Assembly (NCBI GenBank): GCA_965219995.1
Contig: CBDCOX010000002.1
Span: 3,520,001 to 3,584,000 of the forward strand
DNA: 64,000 bases
From: Candidatus Latescibacterota bacterium
Lineage (GTDB): Bacteria > Latescibacterota > UBA2968 > GCA-2709665
Direction of reading: 5' to 3'
The notes below the pieces were generated by a model, which saw nothing but the letters and a program-made list of their open reading frames with translations, was not told where the DNA came from and searched no databases. The position numbers were made by a program, and so were the translations under genes. Positions 9,757 to 18,845 of this stretch are shown piece by piece (within the stretch, counting starts at the first letter, position 1; each line of letters opens with the position of its first letter).

Positions 9757-10608
9757 TCAATCCGTCGTCGATGACTCGGTGACGGCTTGTTGACGTGCGT
9801 CGTCAAGCGCTCGGTAGCAGGATTCCGCGGCGTACCACGGGTCGTAATCGGGCCGATTCCAGATCATGGCGCTGACTTCCGCGCCGACGGGTACTTCGGT
9901 AGCGGCGTCGAGCAGGGCCCGGAAGTATGCGACGAGGTCAAGGCTGCCTTGGCCGGGCAACAGGAAGGTCACGTCGCAGCCTTCCATGTACCCGTCTTTG
10001 ATATGAATGTGGACGGTGTGAGGAAGGCAGAGATCCGCGGCGCGTTTGAGGTCGATGTCCTGCACGTGAAAATGGCTGTGGTCGAAGTGGATTTTAAGGT
10101 TGGGATGACGGGTGTTCTCCATGAGCCAGGCCGCTTTTTCGGGCGTGTCGAAGATCGCGCCGACGTGCGGTTCCACGGCCAGGATCACGTGATGCCCGGC
10201 TGCAATGTCCGCGAGCTCGACCAGGTCGGCGGCGACGGTTTCCCTGTCGGTTGCCCAGTCAGTGAGGGGGCCGCTCACCGTGGTGGTGACGATGCTGGGG
10301 GCGTCGCCATCATTCATGTCGCCGGCGAGGACGCAGTTCTGAATGAATCGGGCTCGCATCGCCCGCCGGTCGCTGCCCCGGACGCACGTGGAAACCGGGC
10401 CGAAGAGGACCGGCGGAGGAAAGCCCAGATCGCGCAATGTTCCGGCAAGTTTTCGGCGTGCGTTCCGGTCCAGCTTTCCGGGCGCGGTGGGCCATGCGTC
10501 CCCGACCGCGATTTCGACGGTGTCGTAGCCGATCGCGCGGATATTCGGCAGGGCTTCGAATACGTCGATACGCTGGGTGGCGTAGGTGCTGAAACCGATG
10601 GGGATCAT
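9757..10608 (-). CDS. Sugar phosphate isomerase/epimerase (xylose isomerase-like TIM barrel)
   Basis: IGYDTVEI, LAVEPH, FDHSH, HIHIKD, PGQG.LD metal-binding pattern. Confidence 0.85.
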   Translation of the reverse strand: MIPIGFSTYATQRIDVFEALPNIRAIGYDTVEIAVGDAWPTAPGKLDRNARRKLAGTLRDLGFPPPVLFGPVSTCVRGSDRRAMRARFIQNCVLAGDMNDGDAPSIVTTTVSGPLTDWATDRETVAADLVELADIAAGHHVILAVEPHVGAIFDTPEKAAWLMENTRHPNLKIHFDHSHFHVQDIDLKRAADLCLPHTVHIHIKDGYMEGCDVTFLLPGQGSLDLVAYFRALLDAATEVPVGAEVSAMIWNRPDYDPWYAAESCYRALDDARQQAVTESSTTD

Positions 10609-10669
10609 ATCAAAACCGAATAAAGGATGAAGGATGAAGGAAGAATGAAGAAGGAAAAACCTGAAAGCG

Positions 10670-10797
10670 GTTAGACGTAAGACGGTAGACGGTAGAAGAC
10701 GTCATTGCCCGTTTGGTTTCTCCTTTATGCCTGCGGCAAGAGATGATACCGAACAGGCACTTACATCATCTCACGTCTTACGTCTAACGTCTACCCC
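10670..10797 (+). repeat. Palindromic intergenic element family 1, copy A
   Basis: Perfect 15-bp inverted arms GTTAGACGTAAGACG (10670-10684) and CGTCTTACGTCTAAC (10774-10788) around core TTGCCCG..TGG..TATGCC(N3)GGCAAG..GGCA. Confidence 0.85.
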
Positions 10798-10910
10798 GGG
10801 GGCGAGGGGTGCGGGGAGAGGTTGTTGCGGTCTCGAAGATAGAGAACATAACGCACGTGTCAAGCGGCGATGAAGCGGGTGGGCACGGAGTTTCAAAAAG
10901 AGAGACCGAT

Positions 10911-12149
10911 ATGGAACGGATCAACCTGGGTCTGGTGGGGTGTGGCGGGATGGGGACGCGGCACCTCTATGGTCTGCGGACGCTCGCCCGGACACCGTTC
11001 AACAGGATCGACTTGCGGGCGCTGTGCGACATCAATCGGGACAATGCCGAGTTGGCGGCCGCGGAAGCCAGGAAACTGCTGGGGGTGGAGCCCGAGATCT
11101 TTACGGACCTGGAAGCAATGGCAGCCGCGATGCCGGAACTGGATGCTGTCGACGTGGTGACCGATCCTGCCGTGCATCACGAGGTTGCCTGCACGGCGCT
11201 GGACATGGGACTGCATGTGATGGTGGAAAAGCCGATGGCGATTACCGTCCGGGCCTGTCTGCAGATGATTAAAGCGGCGGAACGGAACCGGCGCGTGCTG
11301 TCCGTGGCGGAGAACTACCGGCGGGACCCGTCAGCGCGGCTGGCGCGGCATATGGTGGGCAGCGGAGCGATCGGAGTCCCGTATATGGGCCTGTTTCATC
11401 AGGTGAGCGAGGGGGACCGGATTTTCATCACCCCGTGGCGCCACCTCAAGAATCGCGGCGGACCGCTGCTGGACATGGGCGTGCACTTTACCGACCTGAT
11501 CCGGTATCAATTGGGGGATATCCGCGAAGTGTACGGAGACGTACGGCTTGTGGAGCCGGTGCGGCGAAAGTCCGAGACGATGTGGAGGCCTTATGACTTC
11601 TACCGGAAACAATACGATGATATGGATCCCGTCGTCCCGGCCGACGCCGAGGATTCGTCCGTAGCGATGTTTCGAATGGCTGGCGGCGCCACGGTGAGCT
11701 GGGTGGTCGGCCTGGGAGGATACGGGGGATGTGGTAATCAGTTGATTCTAGGTACGGAGGGATGCATCGAGGGTTTCGGAACCCGCGGCGGACGGGTGCG
11801 GATGCGCCGCGGACGCGGCGACTTTCAGGAGCAGGAAGAGATGCTGGCGTCCGCGGACGGCTTCGAGCAGGACCCCCTGTCGTCGCATTTCTTTCCTTCC
11901 GGGATGACGTCGACCGATCGTGAGGTTGACTGGAAACTGCTCGCCATGGAGGTCCACGAGTTGGGCGAAGCCATTGCCGGGGGCAAGGCCGTGGAGGTGG
12001 ACGGGGTGGAGGGGATGAAGGATGTGGCGGCGGTATACGCGGTGTTCGAGTCCGCGGCGGCGGGATGCGCGGTGCGGATGGCGGACGTGGAAAGCGGCGA
12101 AATCGACGCCTATCAGGCCGACATTGACGCGGCGCTGGGTATTTCGTGA
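10911..12149 (+). CDS. Gfo/Idh/MocA family oxidoreductase
   Basis: GLVGCGGMG Rossmann motif, HVMVEKPMA, ENYRRDP, GGPLLDMGVHFTD. Confidence 0.9.
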   Translation: MERINLGLVGCGGMGTRHLYGLRTLARTPFNRIDLRALCDINRDNAELAAAEARKLLGVEPEIFTDLEAMAAAMPELDAVDVVTDPAVHHEVACTALDMGLHVMVEKPMAITVRACLQMIKAAERNRRVLSVAENYRRDPSARLARHMVGSGAIGVPYMGLFHQVSEGDRIFITPWRHLKNRGGPLLDMGVHFTDLIRYQLGDIREVYGDVRLVEPVRRKSETMWRPYDFYRKQYDDMDPVVPADAEDSSVAMFRMAGGATVSWVVGLGGYGGCGNQLILGTEGCIEGFGTRGGRVRMRRGRGDFQEQEEMLASADGFEQDPLSSHFFPSGMTSTDREVDWKLLAMEVHELGEAIAGGKAVEVDGVEGMKDVAAVYAVFESAAAGCAVRMADVESGEIDAYQADIDAALGIS

Positions 12150-12161
12150 AAGGAGGTTGAA

Positions 12162-13610
12162 ATGCCGGAAGATCGGCCGAACGTGGTTTTGATCATGACC
12201 GATCAGCAGAGGGGAGATTGCGTGGGTCTGGATCCGAACGCGCCGGAACCCTTGCAGACCCCCAATCTGGACTGGCTGGGGAGTACGGGGGCGTTTTTCG
12301 GCCGCGGATATTCCGAGTGTCCCAGCTGTATTCCCGCGAGGCGTTCACTGATGACGGGTACGGCGCCCGCGGCGAACGGAGTCGTCGGATTTCAGGCGAC
12401 GGACTGGGAGCCCGCGCATACCCTGGCGGGCGAACTCTCGCGGGCGGGCTATCAGACGGAGATGATCGGGAAGTACCACCTGTCGCCGGCGCGAAAGCGG
12501 TACGGATTCGACCACATGCAGCTTGCGGACGGCACACGCGGGCGTGAGAACGACTACGTGGACTGGTTGCGCGAGCGGCACGGGCGCACAGAGGTGGATC
12601 CCGGTATGGCGCACGGGATCTCGTCGAACGGCTGGGCGGGGCGGCCGCACAATCTCCCCGAAGAGCAGATGCATACGTTCTGGTGCGTGGACCGGGCAAT
12701 GGCGTTTCTCCAGAAAAGAGACCCCACTGCCCCTTTCTTCCTGAATCTGTCGTTTATCGATCCGCATCCGCCGTTGACGCCGCCAAGGTTCTATTATGAC
12801 CGCTACATCAATCGCGAATTGCCGGAACCCGTCGTCGGAGATTGGGCGCCCGAATTCGATGGGCCGCGGAAGGGGTTGGATCCCAATGCTTCGGAGATCT
12901 CTCTCACGGCGCAGGATATGCAGTGCGCGCGCGCGGCGTACTACGGGATGGTGAATTTCATCGACGACCAGATCGGTCGGCTGATTCAGTTCGCGCGGGG
13001 TCTGCTGAATGAGAGTCTTATCATCTTCACGTCAGACCACGGGGAGATGCTCGGGGACCATCACCTGTTCCGGAAGACGTGGCCTTACGAGGCTTCGGCG
13101 CGCGTGCCTTACCTGATCCGGGCGCCGCGGAGTTGGGGGGCGCCGGAATCGGTAACCTGCCGAAGGCCGGTGGGTCTGCAGGATATCATGCCGACGATTC
13201 TGGATGCCTGCGGCCTGGAAGTACCGGAGACCTGTACGGGTAGGAGCCTGGCGCCGGTGTTGCGCGGCGAATCGGAGGGCGTACGCGACGTGTTGCACGG
13301 CGAACACTCCGGCTGTTACGCGTACGAACATGGAAATCACTTCGTCACCGATGGGCGTTACAAATACGTATGGTACACGCAGACCGGCCGGGAGCGCCTG
13401 TTCAACCTGGACGAAGACCCGCATGAACGGAAAGACCTGGCGATGGACGACGGTGCGGAGGGACGGTTGGGGCCCTGGCGAAAGCGGCTGGCGGGGTTCC
13501 TCAGAGACAGACCGGAGGGGTTCACGGACGGGGAGACGTTGATCGCCGGCCGGGAACATCGGTCGGTGATGCCGGGATACGATCCGGCGAGGATATTTCC
13601 GTTCTTATAG
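12162..13610 (+). CDS. Arylsulfatase / sulfatase-like hydrolase (Cys-type)
   Basis: PNVVLIMTDQQR, CIPARRSLMTG (CxPxR), GKYH, DPHPP, FTSDHGEMLGDH; AGGAGG RBS. Confidence 0.92.
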   Translation: MPEDRPNVVLIMTDQQRGDCVGLDPNAPEPLQTPNLDWLGSTGAFFGRGYSECPSCIPARRSLMTGTAPAANGVVGFQATDWEPAHTLAGELSRAGYQTEMIGKYHLSPARKRYGFDHMQLADGTRGRENDYVDWLRERHGRTEVDPGMAHGISSNGWAGRPHNLPEEQMHTFWCVDRAMAFLQKRDPTAPFFLNLSFIDPHPPLTPPRFYYDRYINRELPEPVVGDWAPEFDGPRKGLDPNASEISLTAQDMQCARAAYYGMVNFIDDQIGRLIQFARGLLNESLIIFTSDHGEMLGDHHLFRKTWPYEASARVPYLIRAPRSWGAPESVTCRRPVGLQDIMPTILDACGLEVPETCTGRSLAPVLRGESEGVRDVLHGEHSGCYAYEHGNHFVTDGRYKYVWYTQTGRERLFNLDEDPHERKDLAMDDGAEGRLGPWRKRLAGFLRDRPEGFTDGETLIAGREHRSVMPGYDPARIFPFL

Positions 13611-14089
13611 CCTCTTTGATTCGAAAACCAAACTTACATGGATAGACAGGATAGGCAGGATGAAGAGCAAAAGGCGTGACAAGAGAACGAGAAAACGAGG
13701 TACGGCAGTGAATGGATTCTCCATAGGCCGCGCGTGGTCATTCCGTCCACCCTGAAACCCAAACATTGCGCCGGCCAGCCCGATTCCGGACTCTTCAAGT
13801 TTTCCGTTTATACAGCACTACCACGGGTCTTCGTGAACAACTCACCATAGGTCCGTTCTCGATACGAATTGCGGAAATCGACTATGCCGCGTGAGTCTGC
13901 TGACTAGCCCATATCAATGGGTGTATCGGTGGACGGCAAGATAGCGGGCATGGAGGGTTTTGTTTGTCGAGGTCGCCCGTGCAAGCTATATTTCGATAGG
14001 TGTCTGTGCCTGTTCATCGCGCGTTACCGGATTTGTTGTTTTCGTGTGGTTCCGTCGGTTAATCGTACGAGAGGAAGGAGTTACATCCA

Positions 14090-14518
14090 ATGGACTCGTT
14101 CAAACGCATCGTCGGTGTCTATCTGATCCTCGTGGCCGCCGTGGTTGCTATCCATACGGTCGCCGAACCGCTGTATTACACTTCCACCGAGGCAAGTCCG
14201 TACAGCCCGCACTGGGGCAAGCTAAACGCGCTTATGGTGCTGGCGATCGTATTGGGTCTGGTTTTCGGGTGCATCCGCAAGCGGGGCGTTGGCGGCGAGG
14301 AAGGGAGCGCGGTTACCCGGGAGTACCTGGAAGCGCATGTCCTGTTCTACGGCCTTCTGTTTGTCGGAATCCTGTTTTTCTGGAATTTCTTCAACCTGCA
14401 CAGTCCCGGCTTTACGGCGATTGCGCACGAGGTCGTATCGGCAGTGTGGATTGTGATCGACGCCGCCCTGCCGATCATCCTGGGTGCAATGGGCGCGTCT
14501 CTGCTCAGATCCCGGTGA
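14090..14518 (+). CDS. Hypothetical membrane protein (about 4 TM helices)
   Basis: Four hydrophobic stretches in 142 aa; AAGGAG RBS. Confidence 0.7.
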   Translation: MDSFKRIVGVYLILVAAVVAIHTVAEPLYYTSTEASPYSPHWGKLNALMVLAIVLGLVFGCIRKRGVGGEEGSAVTREYLEAHVLFYGLLFVGILFFWNFFNLHSPGFTAIAHEVVSAVWIVIDAALPIILGAMGASLLRSR

Positions 14519-14576
14519 AAATTCCCAACACAGCACACCGGGCGCATAAGCGGTGCGTCCACGAGGTGTCATGAAT

Positions 14577-14613
14577 AAGCCGTCAGCTGGTCTGAAACCA
14601 GGTCTGACGGCTT
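14577..14613. terminator. Hairpin between convergent genes, possible bidirectional terminator
   Basis: AAGCCGTCAG ... CTGACGGCTT outer stem with inner CTGGT/ACCAG. Confidence 0.5.
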
Positions 14614-14664
14614 TAACTATGCAGATTTCGCTATCGCGTGCGGGCACGCAGGTCGATCGCAGGT

Positions 14665-15060
14665 TCAGCGGGTTCTTTCACGCGCGATCAGCAGGTCGGC
14701 AGGAATGCCCAGGTTCTCGGTGAGCGACCCGATCTGGCGAAGCGACAGGTTTCGCCTGCCGCTGAAGAATTCCGAAACGCGGCTTCTGCCGCCGAGCCAT
14801 TCGGCGAGATCGGCTCGCGAGAACCCCTTCTGTTCCAGCACAAACGCCACGATCTCCCGGGGATCCAGGGTATCATCCATGGGAAATCTGACGTCTTCGT
14901 ACGCCTGTACCAGAACCGAAAGAAACTCCAGCCGTTCGTATGCTTCTGAACCAGGCTGGGGATCCGCATCGAGCAGGTGATCGATTTCGCCCAAAGCCGC
15001 GTTGTACTCGTCCTCGTTTCTTAGAACGTGAGGTCTCGTAAAATCGAGAAGCATTGCCAT
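14665..15060 (-). CDS. higA: HigA-type HTH antitoxin
   Basis: NEDEYNAAL..ID.L, LE.L..LV..YE and HTH DLAEWLGGRSRVSEFFSGRRNLSL; downstream of HigB. Confidence 0.85.
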   Translation of the reverse strand: MAMLLDFTRPHVLRNEDEYNAALGEIDHLLDADPQPGSEAYERLEFLSVLVQAYEDVRFPMDDTLDPREIVAFVLEQKGFSRADLAEWLGGRSRVSEFFSGRRNLSLRQIGSLTENLGIPADLLIARERTR

Positions 15061-15082
15061 ATCCGATTCCTTTTGGGAACGT

Positions 15083-15379
15083 TCACAGATTGCTGTTTCG
15101 GATGCGTCGGGCGTATTCCTGGTGCGTAAGCACGTGTCGGATGTAAACCCTCCCGAGGTCGTAACGCATATCGACAATCAGCCTGTACTTGTTGCCACCG
15201 ATGTTGAAGACTGTCCGCCAACTTCCAAGGAAACTTGCAGACGGAAAATCACGTCGAACTTCGAAAGGGCTGAGGTAGCTTTTTGTTCTCACGATAGCCA
15301 GCCAGGCTCTCAGCGGCCGCTGGGAATCGGAATGCTTCCGCCAGAACTCCAATAGTCTCTTTCGGGAAATTACGTGCAT
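15083..15379 (-). CDS. higB: HigB-family mRNA interferase toxin
   Basis: MHVISRKRL.EFW.KH, DFPSAS, VFNIGGNKYRLI, VLTH.EY. Confidence 0.9.
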   Translation of the reverse strand: MHVISRKRLLEFWRKHSDSQRPLRAWLAIVRTKSYLSPFEVRRDFPSASFLGSWRTVFNIGGNKYRLIVDMRYDLGRVYIRHVLTHQEYARRIRNSNL

Positions 15380-15406
15380 AGGGGAGTACCTGAATATACC
15401 TGGCGA

Positions 15407-15443
15407 ATGTTCCCAATATGGTAACATCAGGTTGAAATGTCAA
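15407..15443 (-). promoter_or_regulatory. higBA promoter with overlapping palindromic operator
   Basis: Minus strand TTGACA-N17-CATATT (15443-15415); near-perfect palindrome ATGTTCCCA-ata-TGGTAACAT (15407-15427) covers the -10 box. Confidence 0.65.
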
Positions 15444-15447
15444 GAGA

Positions 15448-16347
15448 TCATTCCTGATCTGTTCGAATCGATCGTGAGCCGAGTTGCTGAATCAGCAGGC
15501 CGGCGACGATGAGAATCAGTCCGATGGGGGTGGAGAGAAGGATTTCTTCGCCCACCAGGAAATGGATGAAGACCAGGGAGACAAACGGAGAGATGAAGAT
15601 CAGGTTGGCGACTCTGGCCGCGGTTTCGGAGAGTCGTAACGCGACCAGCCAGAAGACGAAGGCGATGCCCATTTCGATAAGCCCGACGTAGGCTGCGCCC
15701 AGAAGACCGTAGGTACTGGAAACATGGAGGTCCGAAAAGAGCAGGCAGAGGACGAAGAGAAACGGCAGGGCAAACGTGAAGTTGAGGAATAGGCCGACAA
15801 CGGCGTCGCGTTCATCGCGCGTATTGTAAATCCAGTATAACGCCCATACAATCGTGCTGCCAAGGGCCAGGGCGACTCCGAGGGGATCAGAGAGCCGGAA
15901 GTCCAGGATGTTGCCGCGCGTGGAGATCACCAGAACGCCGGCATAACACACGAACCCGGCGAGGATTTCCTGCGGTTTGATGCGTTGTTTCAACAGCGGA
16001 ATGGAAAGGAGCGAGAGCGTGATCGCCCAGGTGTAGTTCAGGGGCTGGGCTTCCTGAGCCGGGAGGAGATCGTACGCCTTGAAGAGGATCAGGTAGTAGA
16101 GGCAGGGGTTGAGAAGTCCGAGAAGGACGGACTTCAGATGTTGTCGTCGTGAATACGAAAAAACAAGGCGCTGTTTGCCCTGGATGATGACGATGAGCCC
16201 CAGGGATAACGTTGACGCCAGGCCCGCATAGAACAGAAGCTGCAGGGGATCCAGGTATCGAAGGGAGATCTTGAAGGCGGAGGCGACGGTGGACCAGAGA
16301 AGAACCGTGGCGATGGCGTAGAGGCAGGCTTTATTCTGGTCGCGCAT
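15448..16347 (-). CDS. DMT/EamA family transporter
   Basis: About 10 TM helices in two repeats; LWST, AQPLNYTW, NLIFISPF patterns. Confidence 0.88.
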   Translation of the reverse strand: MRDQNKACLYAIATVLLWSTVASAFKISLRYLDPLQLLFYAGLASTLSLGLIVIIQGKQRLVFSYSRRQHLKSVLLGLLNPCLYYLILFKAYDLLPAQEAQPLNYTWAITLSLLSIPLLKQRIKPQEILAGFVCYAGVLVISTRGNILDFRLSDPLGVALALGSTIVWALYWIYNTRDERDAVVGLFLNFTFALPFLFVLCLLFSDLHVSSTYGLLGAAYVGLIEMGIAFVFWLVALRLSETAARVANLIFISPFVSLVFIHFLVGEEILLSTPIGLILIVAGLLIQQLGSRSIRTDQE

Positions 16348-16354
16348 CGCGGAT

Positions 16355-16483
16355 CGGGGAGACGGAAGAGGGGAGACGGGAGAGATTGCCTGCCCTGTGA
16401 GGTTTCGGTTCAGACCGGAGGCATTCAGGCAGACCAGATCGGGCGAGGATTTCTTCTGCCGTCTACCGTCTACCCTCTCACCC
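16355..16483 (-). repeat. Palindromic intergenic element family 1, divergent copy F in reverse orientation
   Basis: Reverse complement reads GTAGACGGTAGACGGCAGA..TCCTCGCCCGATCTGG..ATGCCTCCGG..CAGGGCA..CTCCCGTCTCCCCTCTTCCGTCTCCCC. Confidence 0.7.
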
Positions 16484-16513
16484 TGTGGCTGTTGGGGAGA
16501 AGGGCGGTTTTTT

Positions 16514-17449
16514 TTATTCCTTCTCGACTTTGTCCAGTTTGCGTTCGTAACTCAAGTCGACTTCGGCACGGATATTGTCCACGGGTTTCCGATGGTCTAT
16601 CCGCCTGACCTCGGGGCGCGTGAGGTTCGTCCGCATTTTGTGAGAGACGACAATACCGCGGGTGGCGTCGATAACCCAGTCGCCCTTCCCTTCTCCTGTC
16701 CCGTGGACAACCAGAGAAAGGGAGCCGATATTGACGAACGCCTTGAAGCGGACTTTTCTTTCTTCCTCGAACGTGACGATTTTATTTCCCTTCTTGGAAC
16801 CGACATTTTTTACTTTGTAATTGCTCTTGAGTTCCACAATGGCCTCGTCATCCAACACCAGGAACGGGGTCTTGAAATTCGTCTCACCGCTCCAGGTGTC
16901 GCCGGGTCCGACCGGACCCGGAGGAAGGACCGGTTGAAGTTCGGGCGTCCAGATTTGCAGCAAGTCCGTGAGGATGTCCGGACGGTTGAGTTCCCGTGCG
17001 GAATTATTGCTCGAGTGCCGCTCAACCGTGCCGTCCGACGAAAGAAACCACGTGAGTTCCCAGTCGTCCAGCTGCTCCAGCGTATAGGGAAACTGGTCGT
17101 GCGTAAGCCGTTTGTTTTCGAAGAAAAAGCCGTTGACGGCTTTGCTTAGTTTTGCGACAAGCCGTGTGACATTTCCGTCGGATTCACCATCTGCGCCAGA
17201 ATGGACGCTTTCCCGGCTTCGCCATTCGCCCCTGATCTCGCCCGAGGTAAATCCCCGCTTCGTGCGTCCGGGCACGATCACTTCGGAGCGGTCGCTCTTG
17301 ATGGCGAGAGAGTACTTGTGCTTGTATTTGATGGTACGACCATCGGGATAGGTGACCTGAAGCGCGACTTTGTCCGCGGCACGAATGGAATCGCCTGATG
17401 ACAACAGCAATGCCAGGCACAGGACCGTCAGCCTGCCCATGGATTTCAT
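16514..17449 (-). CDS. Secreted beta-rich hypothetical protein
   Basis: AAAGGAGG RBS, signal peptide MKSMGRLTVLCLALLLS, LPPGPVGPGDTW motif. Confidence 0.65.
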   Translation of the reverse strand: MKSMGRLTVLCLALLLSSGDSIRAADKVALQVTYPDGRTIKYKHKYSLAIKSDRSEVIVPGRTKRGFTSGEIRGEWRSRESVHSGADGESDGNVTRLVAKLSKAVNGFFFENKRLTHDQFPYTLEQLDDWELTWFLSSDGTVERHSSNNSARELNRPDILTDLLQIWTPELQPVLPPGPVGPGDTWSGETNFKTPFLVLDDEAIVELKSNYKVKNVGSKKGNKIVTFEEERKVRFKAFVNIGSLSLVVHGTGEGKGDWVIDATRGIVVSHKMRTNLTRPEVRRIDHRKPVDNIRAEVDLSYERKLDKVEKE

Positions 17450-17475
17450 AATGAATCCTCCTTTGTGAACGACCG

Positions 17476-18729
17476 TCACTTGAAAAGAAGCCCGAAATAG
17501 AAGAGAGGGCTGAAGAGTTTCTTTTTGGGAACGGCATTGGCGATCATGCCGGTGATGAGTTCGCTGATCTGCTGATTCTGCGCCGCCTTCTGAATGACGA
17601 GATTGAGCAGGGGCCGCCAGCGGCCCAGGTCCTGCAGGCGCTTGCTGGTTCTGAGCTCGTCGCCGATGGCATCCCACAAACGGTCTTCGTATCGTTTCAG
17701 GAAGGCTTCGCTGAAGTCATTCGCCGCCCGGGCTTCGGCGGCGACCTGAGCGGCGAAGCGAGCGGCATACAAAGCGTTGCCGATGCCCTCCCCCGTAAAG
17801 GGGTCGATCAGCCCGGCGGCGTCGCCGAGCAGCATGAATCCGTTGCCGTAGCTCTTCCTTCGGATGCTGCCGATGGGCAGATTCCATCCGATGGGTTCTT
17901 CCATGGCGCGCGCATTCGCGAACCGCCGGTCGAACGGCGGGCGGTTGATCACCGACTGAAGCGCATCCTTCAGGTTGACTTTGCGGCGTTTGAGGCAGCT
18001 GTGCAGCATGCCGATGCCGACGTTCGCATAGCCGTTCTCAAGGGGAAAGGCCCAGAAGTATCCCGGCAAAACTTCATTGACGAAGTGCAGTTCGATCTGG
18101 TCCTTCAGGCCCGTCACGTTCTCGTAGTAACAGCGCAGGGCAACAACCCAGTGCCGGCCGTCGTGGCGGTACTGTCCCGTTCGCCGGGCGACGATGGAGT
18201 TGAAGCCGTCACAACCCATCACCAGGCTGGCGCGGAAAGTGCGCTGTTGTCCGTTGGCGCTGCCGGTTACGCCCGTGACGGTTCCATTTTCCCGGACAAG
18301 GTCCTTTACCGTGAATCCCTCGATGCATGTGTCGACGGATTTACGGGCCTCGCCGAACAGAAAGGCGTCGAAAACCGTCCGGCGGATGACAAACCCCTCC
18401 ATGGGGAGATCCCGCCCGGTACCGATGTCGTGAAGGGTATGCCGCTCCAGATCGATCCAGGCATCCACGTGATTCGGGCTGCTGAAGACGATTTTATTGA
18501 TAAATGCGCCGGGCAGGTCCCGGATCTTATCGAGCAGTCCGAGTTCGAGCAGGACAGCCACGGCTTTTCCCGACAGGGCGTCGCCGCAGACTTTGTCTCT
18601 GGGAAAAGTGGATTTGTCCAGCAGAAGGGTCTTGAGACCGTGCCGGGATGCGTACAATGCGGCCGCGGCGCCCGCCGGACCCGCGCCGACGATGATCAGA
18701 TCATAAGTGTTTCGCTGAGGGTCCGGCAT
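17476..18729 (-). CDS. Geranylgeranyl reductase-family FAD oxidoreductase
   Basis: IVGAGPAG, FPRDKVCGD, GYFWAFP...ANVGIG, LLGDAAGLIDPFTGEGI. Confidence 0.88.
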   Translation of the reverse strand: MPDPQRNTYDLIIVGAGPAGAAAALYASRHGLKTLLLDKSTFPRDKVCGDALSGKAVAVLLELGLLDKIRDLPGAFINKIVFSSPNHVDAWIDLERHTLHDIGTGRDLPMEGFVIRRTVFDAFLFGEARKSVDTCIEGFTVKDLVRENGTVTGVTGSANGQQRTFRASLVMGCDGFNSIVARRTGQYRHDGRHWVVALRCYYENVTGLKDQIELHFVNEVLPGYFWAFPLENGYANVGIGMLHSCLKRRKVNLKDALQSVINRPPFDRRFANARAMEEPIGWNLPIGSIRRKSYGNGFMLLGDAAGLIDPFTGEGIGNALYAARFAAQVAAEARAANDFSEAFLKRYEDRLWDAIGDELRTSKRLQDLGRWRPLLNLVIQKAAQNQQISELITGMIANAVPKKKLFSPLFYFGLLFK

Positions 18730-18845
18730 AGAGTCTCGGAATTGCAACGTCCCTGGATTCGTCCTTCGGTACCACTTAACTTATCCTGATCGGGTGCGCG
18801 CGTCAAGCGCGAAAACCACGCCGCCCGCGGCGGGAGGATGGTGAA

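Noticed and set aside
13680-14080. Possible IS end or gene remnant in the intergenic region
   Set aside because: No partner inverted repeat or recognizable coding motif found
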